A DNA stretch of 62,884 nt, counting the filler, from Basidiobolus ranarum (Eukaryota): NCBI GenBank assembly GCA_040143965.1. It is 30 parts of 30 records of this genome, joined end to end, with 100 filler letters (N's around TTAATTAATTAA, not from the genome) between each part and the next. Parts side by side here need not be neighbours in the genome. Positions count along the whole stretch, not along the records: positions 12,631 to 14,634 come from JASJQH010003939.1; positions 14,735 to 16,737 come from JASJQH010003940.1; positions 16,838 to 18,840 come from JASJQH010003941.1; positions 18,941 to 20,942 come from JASJQH010003942.1; positions 21,043 to 23,044 come from JASJQH010003943.1; positions 23,145 to 25,145 come from JASJQH010003944.1; 24 more parts are not named here. One strand, given 5' to 3'. The position numbers were made by a program, and so were the translations under genes. Below, piece by piece: positions 12,631 through 25,245 of this stretch. Numbering within the stretch: position 1 is the first letter of the stretch; each line of letters starts with the position of its first letter. The notes below the pieces were generated by a model. The model did not search any database. It was given only the letters and a program-made list of their open reading frames with translations, and had not been told where the DNA came from.

Positions 12631-14485
12631 AAAGCCTGGTCCTCATCAACCATTGCAGATTTCCAAAATTCTGGGTGAGGGCCATTGAGGGCCTCTTTTA
12701 CAGTCTGTGGTTCATGTATTTGAGCTGTGCAGGCATAGGCCCAATTTTGGCACTCATTGATATAGTAATCAGGTCTATTTCTGTTCCAATTTCATCTCCT
12801 GGCTTGGGATAAAGGTACTACAACCTCTGGCATTATGTTGGGTGTTTCAGTGGGTAACACTTAGGTTGAAAGGTCCACAGGAATGCTATTTTCTTAATTG
12901 TTTTGGTTTGAATCAATTTGAATGATTGGATCAGGAGAAAATTGATTTTTGTCATCATCTAAGGTCATTTTAGGTGAAACTTTTTCATTTTTGCTAACAA
13001 AACATCCCTGCACTTGATTATCTTAGAGATTTTGGTATCATAGAGTCTGTAGGCCTTAGCTTGAGTACAATAACCCAGCAATATGCATTTCTTACTCTCT
13101 GGATCAAATTTGGACCAATTTTTAGTCAAAATTTTGACATAAGCAATGCATCCAAAAATCCTCAAATGTTTTACATCAGTTCAACTCCAAACCAAGCTTG
13201 ATATGGTGTAGAGTTAGACAGACTATTAGTAAAATTCTTATTTTTCAGATATTCAGCTGTAGTAACAGATTCTTCCCAAAAGTTATTAGAAAATTTTGTG
13301 CATTTTTCATAGATCTTGCCATTTCTACTACAGTCCTGTTAGCTCTTTCAGCAACTCCATTATGTTAAGGTGAACAAGAGGCAGTAGTTTCTTGCTTAAT
13401 TCCATGAACTTTTCAAAATTGCTTAACTAGTGTTGAATTATATTCTTCACCATTATCAATACTTATTTTCTTGATTTTAGTTCCAGATTCAGTCTCCACA
13501 AGTGTTTTAAAATCTCTAAATATAGAGAGCGCTTCTTCATTTCTTTCCATAAAGGTGACCCAAGTGTATCTTGTATAATCATCAATAAATGTTATTAAAA
13601 GTCCTGTTTCACCTAAAGATAAATTTTGCATAAGTCCACTCAAATTTGAATGAATTAGATCCAATTTTTTGACAGATTTGATTAAGCTAGAGCTCTTGAA
13701 TGGCTGCCTGGCTTGTTTTCTATGTATACAACCCTCACAAGTTTCCATTTTGGTTGGGGGGCTAATTTGAATTCCAGAAATTAGGTGATTTTTGATCATT
13801 TTGCTCAAATATCCAAATCCAATATGGCCAAATCTCTTATGTCATCATTGAATAGTTTCTTGATTGGAATAACTAATATTTACACGTAATCCTGTTGGAC
13901 TATATGTAAGTTTGTATAAGTTTTGATTCTTTTCTCCCAAAGCAAAATAATTCCCATTTTGATCAGTGATGGTACATCCAGACTTATCAAAATTGATTTT
14001 TAGCCCTTCTGAGATGGCCTTGCATACAGATATTAAATTCTTGGCAATATCTGGAACATGTAGTATATCCTTAAAAGTATATACTTTCTTTTCAGAAGCT
14101 CTAGTTCAATTTACTTGAATTGTTCCCATTCCAATATCTTCGGATATGAGCAAGTGATCTTCTTTTGTAACCACATTTCCATGTTCAGTATGTTTTTCTT
14201 CTTTTGCAATTCTTTAAAGCAATCTTTGCTTAAATGACCAGTTCTTTTACAGTTATCAACAAATGTTTCACCTTTCTTCTTAAAGTGCATTTGACCTTTA
14301 TAGAAGGGTTGCCCAGAGCCTATTATAGCATTTTCCATATTCTTTTGGTTGAGTCATGATTTGCGTAAATCTTCATCCAGAAGCCTGCCAAATACACAAT
14401 TTAAGGTTAAATGTTCAATTGTTGATACCAGAGCAATTACTGGGCTCTGAAACTTGTATGGCAGGCTATTCAGGACTATAGCTAT
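12631..14485 (-). mobile_element. Copia family A gag end, protease, integrase; degenerate; LTR-C inserted at ~14486
   Basis: CKRTGHLSKDC knuckle, LHVPDI.KNLISV, CEGC..KQ.R.PF, FIDDYTRYTW, DNGEEY, FGCIAYV, LLGY...KAYRL. Confidence 0.93.
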
Positions 14486-14734
14486 TATTAGGAAAATATG
14501 GGCTGTTTGGAGGAACTTTAGAGAAGTGGAGTTGTGAATAGCTTTGTGAGATAATTGTTTATTGTCCAGAAATAAAGCATTTATACCTTTTGGTGGAAAT
14601 ACAGAAAATTAACACTGGGGTTGTGTTCAGAACANNNNNNNNNNNNNNNNNNNNNNNNNNNNNNNNNNNNNNNNNNNNTTAATTAATTAANNNNNNNNNN
14701 NNNNNNNNNNNNNNNNNNNNNNNNNNNNNNNNNN

Positions 14735-15657
14735 CAAAATTTCAGATGTTTAGCAATTTTTTCACCGTTAGTTTGCTGGTAAAGCATATTGATGTTGTTG
14801 AGTTATGTCTAATCAGTCAAATATGTGCATATGTATAGACTAAACACAACAAGATTCTTGTATTTTTTGATTTGCATTATGGCTGAAATACAAAGCCTAA
14901 AATATCTAAATAAAGGCATGCATATTAATTCAAATTCCTACAGCAGTAAACCCAGAAATTTGCCATTCGAAAATTATATTTTTGCTAAAATTGCTGGATA
15001 TTGAATAACGCATGCCAAATTTGAGGATCAATATTTTAACAAGTATGAATACTGCCAAGATACTGTCAAGAAACCGCCGTCACATCATCAAAATCCCTGG
15101 CCGAATGCAAGCCAACAATATTGTGATGGTTCTCTGACAGTTTTGCTATTTTGGAGGGTGGATCCGATCCGGATCAAATCGATTTTTTTTTTGTTTGGGA
15201 ATACAGAGTGGCACAATATTATAGGGTATCCACCAGATAGCTGGAAGAATGTTGATTCAGCAGTGTTAATACAAAGGTGCACTTTGATGGAGATATTGAT
15301 ACAAAGTTATGTTTGGTATGAGCTAAACATTGGGTATTAAGAGCGCAATAAGAATATTCAGGAGAATCTACCAAAGAGACTAAGGATTTCAAAGGGGACA
15401 AATTATCAATCAAGTGGTAATTGTGTAAAATTTGACTTACATTATTTGCATATGTGTTGATCCATATTTCTCTGAGATTGTAGCCAATCATGTGCAACTA
15501 TTTTGCAAGATGTTGAAATTTCACTCCTGAAACTGAAAAAAATGAGTAAAAGCAAATTAACTTGACAGTTTTATGACATTAAGTAAACAGTCAATCCCAA
15601 ATGGATTAAAATTGTGTTAGTTTTTCTACAAAAACAATCCTGAGATTTCTGTTAAGG
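14735..15657. mobile_element. CACTA right end fused to gene-2 3' part and left end, inserted in copia RT
   Basis: Same arrangement as 6318-7239. Copia RT (MTELGEL..YLG) resumes at ~15658. Confidence 0.85.
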
Positions 15658-15816
15658 CAAAGACTTTGAATAAAACCAAATCCAGCTTATCTGCCAAATT
15701 AAAAATGACTGAACTTGGTGAACTGATGCACTATCTTGGAAACCAAGTTAAGATAAATAGAACTACTGAAACAATAACTTTAAACCAGTCTAAGTATATC
15801 CTAGATATACTAAAAA

Positions 15817-16137
15817 GGTCATCTGATCATCTTTACCTCCTCCTTAGACCATCAATCTTGATATAGGTCCTTGTAGTCCCGAACACCCCAACACCTGAAC
15901 TTGACATGGTATATTCTCTATTCAGTATATTATGTTTCACCTTGCAATATCTATATAAGCTCCATGTATTCCTTGATCAGACCTCAATCTGATCAACACC
16001 AGTTATCAATTAAGATTCTTGCCTAAGTATCTTCCCTGTTGAGTGTTGTCTTGTCTTGTGGTCTACACCTGAGTACTCTGCTGCCTTCTAGCTTCTTGTT
16101 GTTTTCTCCAGTCCTTGTCCAGTTCCTTCTTGTGACA
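15817..16137 (+). mobile_element. LTR-F (~320 bp, probable gypsy)
   Basis: (T/G)GTCA...TGACA termini and TATATAAG at 15952. A second copy at 10527-10765 ends at the same TGTGACA. Confidence 0.75.
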
Positions 16138-17147
16138 GTTTGATCTGACTACTTACACTTGCCTGTAGACTTCTCTCCATCCCTGTTCTCCAACTTTGAA
16201 ACCTCCCAAGGTCAGCTTCCCTCTTTTTACCCATCTTTCCCAAGTTTCCCTGCTAAGGCAAAGATAACTTCCGCCTTTGGATAATTGCTCTAAGTGCATT
16301 CTTGTCAAGACACTACTGGTTGAATTTACAGTTGTTTTTGATACAAGATGCTTTAGTACTTGATCAAGATCAAAGAGCATTGATATCAGCATATATGTTT
16401 GTGAAGGTGCCAATTATTTCCTCAACAGAAAGTTGGACATTGCATTGTGATTATCATTGCTAGAGAAACTTGTGGTTTTTGAGATTTCCCCCTCCTAACA
16501 TTCTAAGTATTATGTCTACACCAGCCCCCAAAATTGAAGACAGCAAGCTCTTACTCAGCTGCAGCAAAAAAATCAAGAACTTTGTGCTTCTCTTGCTCAA
16601 ATACAGGGTCATAATATTTTGATACTATCGATCATATCTGGACCTAAATCACCAGTGCTTATAGATAGCTTCTTGGAGCCTTTGATTGCAGCATTTGAAC
16701 GGTTATCTAATGTGGTTCAGATGGGTGAATATTTTATNNNNNNNNNNNNNNNNNNNNNNNNNNNNNNNNNNNNNNNNNNNNTTAATTAATTAANNNNNNN
16801 NNNNNNNNNNNNNNNNNNNNNNNNNNNNNNNNNNNNNAAGTCATGGAATGTTCCGGCAAAATCAAGTTTTGATTGGTCAAAACTCAATCAATCATCAAAT
16901 ATTCCAAGAATCTTGTGGAATGTTCTGGAAGATTGTAGAATTTTCCAGTAAATAATAGGGCTGATGTGGGTTAATACTGATAAATCTGAAATAATAGGGG
17001 ATAATACTAATAGTGTGATATGATTGGCTTGAAAATATGGGTAAGTCAAATATGGATAATAAAATAGAAATTGTGCAATAGTAATGATATGAGCTTGGAG
17101 TGGAAATAAGTCAACCTGCCAGTGGGTAGCAATGCTGCCCCACTACA

Positions 17148-18771
17148 CCAGGTCAGATTTCAATATGATCACTGACATCAATTCACCAAATAGTCAAGCT
17201 AACATCAAACTTGGTATTAGCCATAAGCCTAGGATTATATTGCTATAGGAGATCAGCTGGAGCTGGAGCTTCCCATTAGTCACTATGCACTTACTATTCA
17301 ACAATATTCCAATACTACTTACTCAGCTATATAGCAGAAAATTCAATATGAATGAGCCATTTGAGATAGGATCAAAGTTTGAATTGATTGGGAAAATGCT
17401 TGAAAACATCAAGATACCATCATATTTTACCAGGACTCCCATCCATATCCACTCATCTAGGTGTTTATTCAAATGCAAAGACTGGAAGTATTGGATTTGT
17501 GTATATTCAAGTGGAATTTTGAAAAGATTTCTGCCTTATAAGTATTGGCAACATTGGGAGTTATTTGTCAATATTGTTAATATATTCTTACAGCATCAAC
17601 TCACATTGGCAGATCTCAGGCAGATACAGCAACTGTGCAAAGATTTTGTAATTGGATTTGAATAGCTTTATTACAGGTTTAGAGAAGATAGACTGAATCT
17701 CTGCTGGTATTCAATACATTCCCTGCTATATCTTTCACAATGCTTAGAGAATATAGGACCTTGCTATATATTCTGGGAGTTCCCAATGGAGCTCACCTGT
17801 GGTGAAATGATGCTCTGTGTGAAACCATCAGTATTACTGTATGCTAAAGTGATTAACAATGTATCAGCAAAATCAGTGATGGATGTAATGCAATGGATTA
17901 AGGAGAATCCAGAGTATATTAACCTGCCAAGAAAGGGCTCTTTTCAATGTGCTCAATGGTTTTTGCATTATTTGGGCACAATAACAGCAACAATGCCCAA
18001 TCCATGGACATAGAGTAAATACCTCTATAATCACATTAATTTGCTTGTGTGATATTCTGACAGTATTTTTAGGAAAGCTGCAAGACAGACTTCTTGGTGA
18101 TATAGATCAAGATACACAGTATTATTGTTTCAGCCATGGTGTAATCTATTCCAGCAATGACCCATCTACTTGTGGTAGGACATTGGTTGACTACAAGTTG
18201 GGGATATTTTGGCTGAATTCTTTATGGAAATTGGCCAAAATGCAAGAGCTTATTCTTGTTGTGAATGGTAACAAGAGTCACCTCTTTGCCAGGTGTTGGT
18301 GCTATTCAAAATTTCAGATGTTTGCAATTTTTCCACCATTAGTTTGCTGGTAAAGCATATTGATGTTGTTGAGTTATGTCTAACCAGTCAAGTATGTGCA
18401 TATGCAGAGACTAAACATAACAAGATTCGTGTATTTTTTGATTCTCAATATAGCTGGAATGCAAAGCCTAAAATATCTAAATAAAGGCATGCATATAAAT
18501 TCAAATTCCTACAGCAGTAAACCCATTAATTTGCAATTCAAAAATTACATTTTTGCAAAAATTGCTGGATATTGAATACTGCATGCCAAATTTGAGGATC
18601 AATATTTCAGCATGTATGAATAATATTAAAATACCATCAAGAAACCGCCATCACACGATTGAAATCCCTGGCAGAATGCAAGCCCCCAATATTGGGATGG
18701 TTCTCTGATGGCTTTGCTCTTTTGGAGGGTGTGATCCAATCAGGATAAAATTGATATTATTTTTGTAAGGG
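17148..18771 (+). mobile_element. CACTA/EnSpm-like transposase C-terminal half and right terminus (pseudogenised)
   Basis: MHLLFNN, FKCKDWKYW, GP..FWEFPME..CG motifs. Ends TTTTGTAAGGG followed by unique flank. Confidence 0.88.
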
Positions 18772-18940
18772 GTTGATATTAGTGGCTCTGTCGCGAATCT
18801 CAATCCTTTTCGGTCACACATCTTGCTGGATCAAATATATNNNNNNNNNNNNNNNNNNNNNNNNNNNNNNNNNNNNNNNNNNNNTTAATTAATTAANNNN
18901 NNNNNNNNNNNNNNNNNNNNNNNNNNNNNNNNNNNNNNNN

Positions 18941-20840
18941 CTATGACTATCTTTTCATGAGTTGGCCACATAAAATAAGTCAAGAACCTCCTGAGTAGCA
19001 CCCAGTCTTTGGTCTTTCCACAATTGGCTCAAATCAAGGTGATTTTGAGCAATATTTTGCACAGCTTCAAAGGTGTTGAACCATTCCTCATCAGAGCAGG
19101 TGACAGCAGCTCTTATATTTAGAGTCATTTAGTGTGCAGGCTTTCCTACAAGCTTTCTACATTTATTTGCCCAAGCCATTTGGGTTATTGTCCAGTCTTA
19201 ATAGAACTGCTTCATTGGACCAGGTCAGATTGTGCTGCTTGATCCAGCCTGCTAACATACTATCTGATGCACTCTGTCTGTTACCATGGCAAGGTCCCAT
19301 AACACTGAATTGGACACTATCAGGAACAATATGGCACCATCCCACCATGATTGGATATAATGATTATTTTGGAGTTTTTGTGCCAGCTTGTACCAAGTTA
19401 CCTGGTTTAGTATTGGCAAATTAAGAGTTTAGGTAACTTATAATGCAAGTTCAGCACCTAGCTTGTAATTTACCAATTAGTGATTGTGTCACAATAAACA
19501 GCTTATACTATAACTAACCTGATCCAATGTATAACCAAGACATTCTCATATGTTTAGGCCAATCATTTGTCTCTCACTCATAAAATATCTTGATCTTCAA
19601 TTATGCTCAATAGCTCCTGCATTATGAAATGCCAGTAGTTTTGGCACATTGGTGGCAAATTACAGCACTTGATGATGGATCATGTTACTATTTAGTTAAA
19701 GGAGAGTGTCAAAATTAGCATTGCCTAAACACCTATACAGTCATATATAGCTTAGTACTTGGTTATCTTAGAATTCACTGATATATGATCTATTATTCTC
19801 AATTGGAATTTAGTTAGAATGTTTTTACCAACTTGGAAGTCTCAGATATATAGATTCTTCAAACTTGTGCAAGAAGCCCCAAACTTTGCACACATGTTCT
19901 TGGGACCTTCCTTCACACATTCCACATGTTAGTATGCTTACATCTTGACCAAACTATTGATGTCAACTTTCCACTCAATAAATCAATAAGAGAAAATCAC
20001 TTATTCCTCTGATTCATCAAACCACTTCCAACAGGCTCCCAAGTACTTTAACAGAAATAAGTATACTGTTGTAGATCTCCTGTTCTTGTGATCTCCTCCC
20101 CAATTTGTATCTGAATATCCCATCAGATCAAAGTTTGATCCAAAATGCAAGTATTTTAAGCACAGATTCACAGTATATTTGAAATATCTGAAAATCCACT
20201 TAACTGCCATGATTTGATTGGATCCTTGATTTTGAAGATATTGGCACATAACTCCCACAGAATATGCAATATTTGGCCATGTTCCAACCATGATATATAT
20301 CAAGCTACCAACTATAGGTGGATCAGGAAATCTCTGGCTTTCATTCAAATCCAAAAAATGTCTGATTTGCGCCATTTTTGGTGAAGTTAAGATTTGTCTC
20401 CATTGGGGTAGACATTGCATTATATTCTTCCATTTTAAAGTTCTTTAGTATATCTAGGATACACTTGAAGTGATTTAGAGTTATTGTTTTGGTAGTTCTC
20501 ACTAACAGAAATTTGAGGATTGTTTTTGTAGGAAAAACATCACAATTTTAATCCATTTGGGATTGACTGTTTATTTACCATCATATAATTGTCAAGTTAG
20601 ATTTGATTTTAATCAATTTTTTCAGTTTCAGGAGTGAAATTTCAAGATCGCACAAAATAGTTGCATATGATTGGCTACAATCTTGGCACAATATGGATCA
20701 ATGAATGTGCACAAAATGTAACTCAAATTTTACACATTTACCACTTGAATGCTAATTTGTCACCTTTGAAATTCCTAGTTGCTTTGATATATTCTCCTGA
20801 ATACTTTTATATAGTTCTTCATACCCAAGGTTTAGCTATA
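18941..20840. mobile_element. Mosaic: diverged CACTA gene 2 (-), LTR-A (19707-20053), copia RT/RNase H (-), CACTA left end from 20500
   Basis: VGSLIY..VGTWPNIAYSVG and GYSDTNWGGD...RRSTT motifs. Other segments align with copies elsewhere in the window. Confidence 0.85.
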
Positions 20841-21042
20841 TATGGAGAAAAAATAGCCCGGGAAGAGTTTTGAAACCAGTGACAATACCTCCGGGGATTC
20901 ATACCCGTTATTGAATAGACAATAACTTACCTAATTGTAAACNNNNNNNNNNNNNNNNNNNNNNNNNNNNNNNNNNNNNNNNNNNNTTAATTAATTAANN
21001 NNNNNNNNNNNNNNNNNNNNNNNNNNNNNNNNNNNNNNNNNN

Positions 21043-22038
21043 CATGCAATAATGCCACCATATCACAATTAAAGTAGTGTTGCATAACAACAAGTCAACA
21101 GTCATAAAGTCACTCAACAATGATACAAGACCTTCAAAATTCTATACTAAAGCTACATCAATATGCTGCTTCCTCCATCCATTTGCATATAGGATTTCAA
21201 CCAATCCCACACCATACATAAGACTGTCACTGTGACAATCTAGCAGAGCAGAATATGTGTTGGATGATTAAGCCTGCACAATGACCTAAAGTTGCTTGGT
21301 CACATGAAAGTAGAAATCTCATAGGAAAACCAGCAAATCCAAAGACTCTGAAAGTCAGAGCTGCTGTCACTTGCTCTGATGATGAGTGGTTTAACATTTT
21401 GGAAACTTTGCAAAATCTTGCCCAAAATCACATTGTTTTGAGCCTATGATGGAAAAACCAAAAACTAGGGGTTACTCTGAAGGTTATTGACTTATTTTAA
21501 AAGGCTTATCCTGGGATCTTGCATGTAATTGGCAATTGAGCTGGTATAGGCCTATTCATGAAACATCACAAGACTGTATGCAATTATTGCCATGGAAAAG
21601 AATGAAGAGAAGCTAAAGAAGTACTCAAGGAGCAGGAAGTTGGTTTACCCAAGGGTAAAGCAAAGAATCCAGTGAGTGTATGCTCTACTGTCCCACCTAC
21701 CAATTTTCTCACACCACTACAAAGATCTGAATTTTCACAGTCAGATATACCGGAAAATATACTGGCAAAAAGGCTTAATTTGACCATAGAACCAGGTACA
21801 CCAGTTGGAAGAGTGCTGAATTTGGAAGTTCATCCCACACCTGGTACCTCTCAACAAGCCAAAAGACTAGCAAATAGAAGTTCACAGCTCTCCAACCCTG
21901 ACTGGTACTTTTCAAAGTGCTGAAACAAGGCCCAAAGTTAAAGGCAGGCAAAAGGCCATGCAAACTCTGCAAAGCATGAAGAGTAGTGTCACACTACAAG
22001 GATGTATAAAAATAGCAGAAGTGCTTGAGGAGTATTTT
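21043..22038 (+). mobile_element. CACTA-like second gene, middle part (degenerate)
   Basis: Its start overlaps 8213-8322 and its end overlaps 44134-44190. Confidence 0.75.
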
Positions 22039-22039
22039 G

Positions 22040-22209
22040 GGTACAAAAGGTTCTGGCTGTTCTTCGGTTCTTTTTGGGAAAGACAGACCACCCAATCCAC
22101 CGAGTCCACTTAATTTTTTACCTGGGTTTAAGTCCATTGTATTTTCAGAAACAGTGTATCCTTCGTCGCTACTATAATCTGAGGAAAAGAATTCTTCTAT
22201 ATCAGACAT
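22040..22209 (-). CDS. Hypothetical protein N-terminus (acidic MSDIEEFFSSDYSSDE...), truncated by CACTA sequence
   Basis: AAATG start after an AT-rich spacer. The reading frame runs into transposon DNA at ~22040. Confidence 0.4.
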
Positions 22210-22314
22210 TTGATCAAAATTCTTAATGCTAAGAAAAATTTTAAAAAAATATATTAGTTATCATTTAAAGCCGTCTGGATTGCGTATTGTACAATGTGTA
22301 AAGGTAGGTGTGGA

Positions 22315-22680
22315 TTAATCAAAGATTTTGCTTTTGTTGTTTAATTGTTTGGCGGCAGATGCCAAAGATGCCAATGCTTTGTCTGGGATTCTCTTTCTAA
22401 CTAAAGGTATGACATCTTTTCGTTTGGAAGGTTTAGATTTGGGAGAGGGAAGCACGCCAGAAGTGTTAATAGTCATGCCACAGACTTTATCTATTTTGCC
22501 GTCTTTCCAAATAATGCATCCTTCACGATCTTTAATTTTTAGGATATTGGCATTTATTATTCTGATGCTGGCATCAGTACCTCTACCGATTACGTTGGCA
22601 AAATCGTAAAATGGATCATCAGAAGGTCTAAAGGTGGGGGAGTAGTGAGCTTGGATAGAATAAATTTGTGAGGAAGTCAT
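22315..22680 (-). CDS. Intronless 121-aa hypothetical protein, basic C-terminus, in a non-TE island
   Basis: Complete ATG-to-TAA ORF with CpGs retained and AT-rich flanks. No family recognised. Confidence 0.5.
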   Translation of the reverse strand: MTSSQIYSIQAHYSPTFRPSDDPFYDFANVIGRGTDASIRIINANILKIKDREGCIIWKDGKIDKVCGMTINTSGVLPSPKSKPSKRKDVIPLVRKRIPDKALASLASAAKQLNNKSKIFD

Positions 22681-23144
22681 AGTATACAGGATAAAAAGAA
22701 AGTTTGCTTAATATATTGGAGTAGATTTTTCATCTCTCACTTTCAAGTTTTTTGATAAAAAAGAGAAATAAAATATAATACAACAATGAGAATAAAAAAA
22801 AACCAAAGAGATATATATATTTGCGTATCATAAGCTGTGTAAAACGTGAAGCAAGATGGCGAGTGAGTTTGAGAAGTTTGTGTACGAGAATGTATCTCCC
22901 GGGGTATGTTTTGTACAAGAGGAGCCATTTAGTAGGTATTATTTGGACGTGGCTGGAGTACAAAGCCTAAAATATCTAAATAAATGCATGCATATTAATT
23001 TGAAATCCTACAGCAGTAAACCCAGTAATTTGCCATTCAAAATTNNNNNNNNNNNNNNNNNNNNNNNNNNNNNNNNNNNNNNNNNNNNTTAATTAATTAA
23101 NNNNNNNNNNNNNNNNNNNNNNNNNNNNNNNNNNNNNNNNNNNN

Positions 23145-25145
23145 GGAACACTAAAAGGCAAGGCTGCAAAGTGGTAAAGACTGCTTGCAAACGACAAAAG
23201 GTATGGTAAGGGTTTGGGGGCAACAAATGAGCGGTATGGGAAATACTTAAGGGAGAGTATACGGGGAGCTAAAGACCACTGACAAACGATGAATAGTATG
23301 GTGCCAAGAACGACGGGCATAGGAAACATTTAACGGAGAGTATACGGAGAGCTGAAGACCACTGACAAATGAGGAAGAGTATGGTGCCAAGAATGACGGG
23401 TATGGGAAACATTTAATGGAGAGTATACGGGGAGCTAAAGATCACTGACAAACGATGAATAGTATAGTGCCAAGAATGACGGGTATGGGGAACACTTAAA
23501 GGAAAGCATATAAAGTGGTAAAGAAGTGTTAAAGATTAGTGCAAACAAAGAAGGGTATGGTTATAACAGATAACTGATACAGAAAACACTTGAGAGTCTA
23601 CGCAGTGCTGAAGGCTACTGGCTACTGACAAGCAATGAAGGGTATGGTGCGAAGAAATGACAAGTATAGATAACACTTGAAGTAGAGTCTACGAGCAGCT
23701 AAAGACCACTGATCAATGCCAAAGGGAATGGTGCCAGGAAATGGCGTATATGTTAATGACTTAAAGGAGAGACTATGAAGAGCCAAATGCTACTGACAAA
23801 TGATGAAGGGTTTATTGACAACAAACAATGAGTATGAAAATCACTTTAAAAAAAGGGTTATGCAGTGCCAAAAACCACTATGAAATGACTAAGAGTATGG
23901 TGCCAAGAAACGATGGATACAACAAAGCCTGCATCTACTTAGGTCTGTTTCTTGCCTTTATGACATGGTCGTTATTATAAATTTAATTCTTTAACCACAA
24001 ATCTTTCTTATCAACTTGGGCTTTAAAGTTAATAATACTTACAAAACTTATTAGTGCTACATTTTCTATACTTGATCATGCCATTCTCACCACACTCAAA
24101 TATACCATATTCTAACCTCTGTAGTCAACATGTCTTAACTCCAGAATATAGCAATGGCAGTCCTATTGACTGATATGTTAAGGATAAGCATGGTGACCAA
24201 AAATTTTTCAAGGTGTCATCAGAGAATGCAGATATTGAAATGCAATAACCCAAGTACGTAACTGAGTTCAAGGGTTAGATAACCAACAGGGTTTAATTTG
24301 TAGTGCAGTTGCTGCAACTGCTATGCTATTGATGCAGAAGATACCAAACAAGAGTTCTTTGGCTTTCCAGCAACATGCTAGAAGACAAGTGATACTTTTA
24401 GGTATAGCCATGACTTGATCCAGATATTATTAACTTATGGTGCCAAAAAATGGCAGATGTGCAAAAAACTCACAAGAGAGTCAACAAAGTGCTGAAGATT
24501 ACTGACAAGTGACAAAGGTTGTGGTAATAACAAATGAACATTATGAGAAACAGTTATAAGAGAGTTTGCACAGGGCTTGAGACTACTGAAGAACATCATA
24601 GGGTATGAGTCCAAGATATGAGCAATATGGGAAACATTTTAAAGAAAGCCCACTAAGTGCAAGAGATGACTGAAAAATTATGAAGGATATGATGCCAAGA
24701 AATGCTGGGTATGGGAAACACTTAAATAAAAATCCAAGAAGTGTTCAAAGACTATGAAAAATTCATCAAGGACAAAGGGTAAGGTGTCAAAAAAAGAATG
24801 GTATTGAATTCACTTTCCAGAGAGTCTAGAAAGTGCTAAAGACTGTTGACAAATGACAAAGAGTATGGTTGTAATAAATAGCAGGTATGGAAATCACTTA
24901 AAGAAGGGTCCAAGCAGCTCAAAGACTAATGACAGATCACAAAGCATATGGTGTCAAGAAATTCCAGGTAAAAGAGATGTTAAAAGAAGGTCTACAAAGT
25001 GCTAAAGACTACTGGCAAATGACAAAGGGCATGAGCCAAGAAACAAGTAGTATGGGTAACACTAAAAGGAGAGTGTATGGAGGGTTAAAGACCACTGACA
25101 AACAATGAAAAGTATTGTGCCAAGAACAATGGGTATGGGTAACAC
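23145..25145. repeat. 83-bp tandem satellite, interrupted at ~23925-24430
   Basis: GGAGAGTAT anchor at 23252, 23335 and 23418. Unit approximates GGTATGGGAAACAyTTAAnGGAGAGTATACGGGGAGCTAAAGACCACTGACAAACGATGAATAGTATGGTGCCAAGAATGACG. Confidence 0.92.
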
Positions 25146-25245
25146 NNNNNNNNNNNNNNNNNNNNNNNNNNNNNNNNNNNNNNNNNNNNTTAATTAATTA
25201 ANNNNNNNNNNNNNNNNNNNNNNNNNNNNNNNNNNNNNNNNNNNN

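Noticed and set aside
20843-20942. tRNA-like reverse complement after an A run
   Set aside because: No convincing B box or cloverleaf.
23145-25145. Possible CRISPR array
   Set aside because: The whole 83-bp unit repeats, there are no unique spacers, the context is eukaryotic and there are no cas genes.
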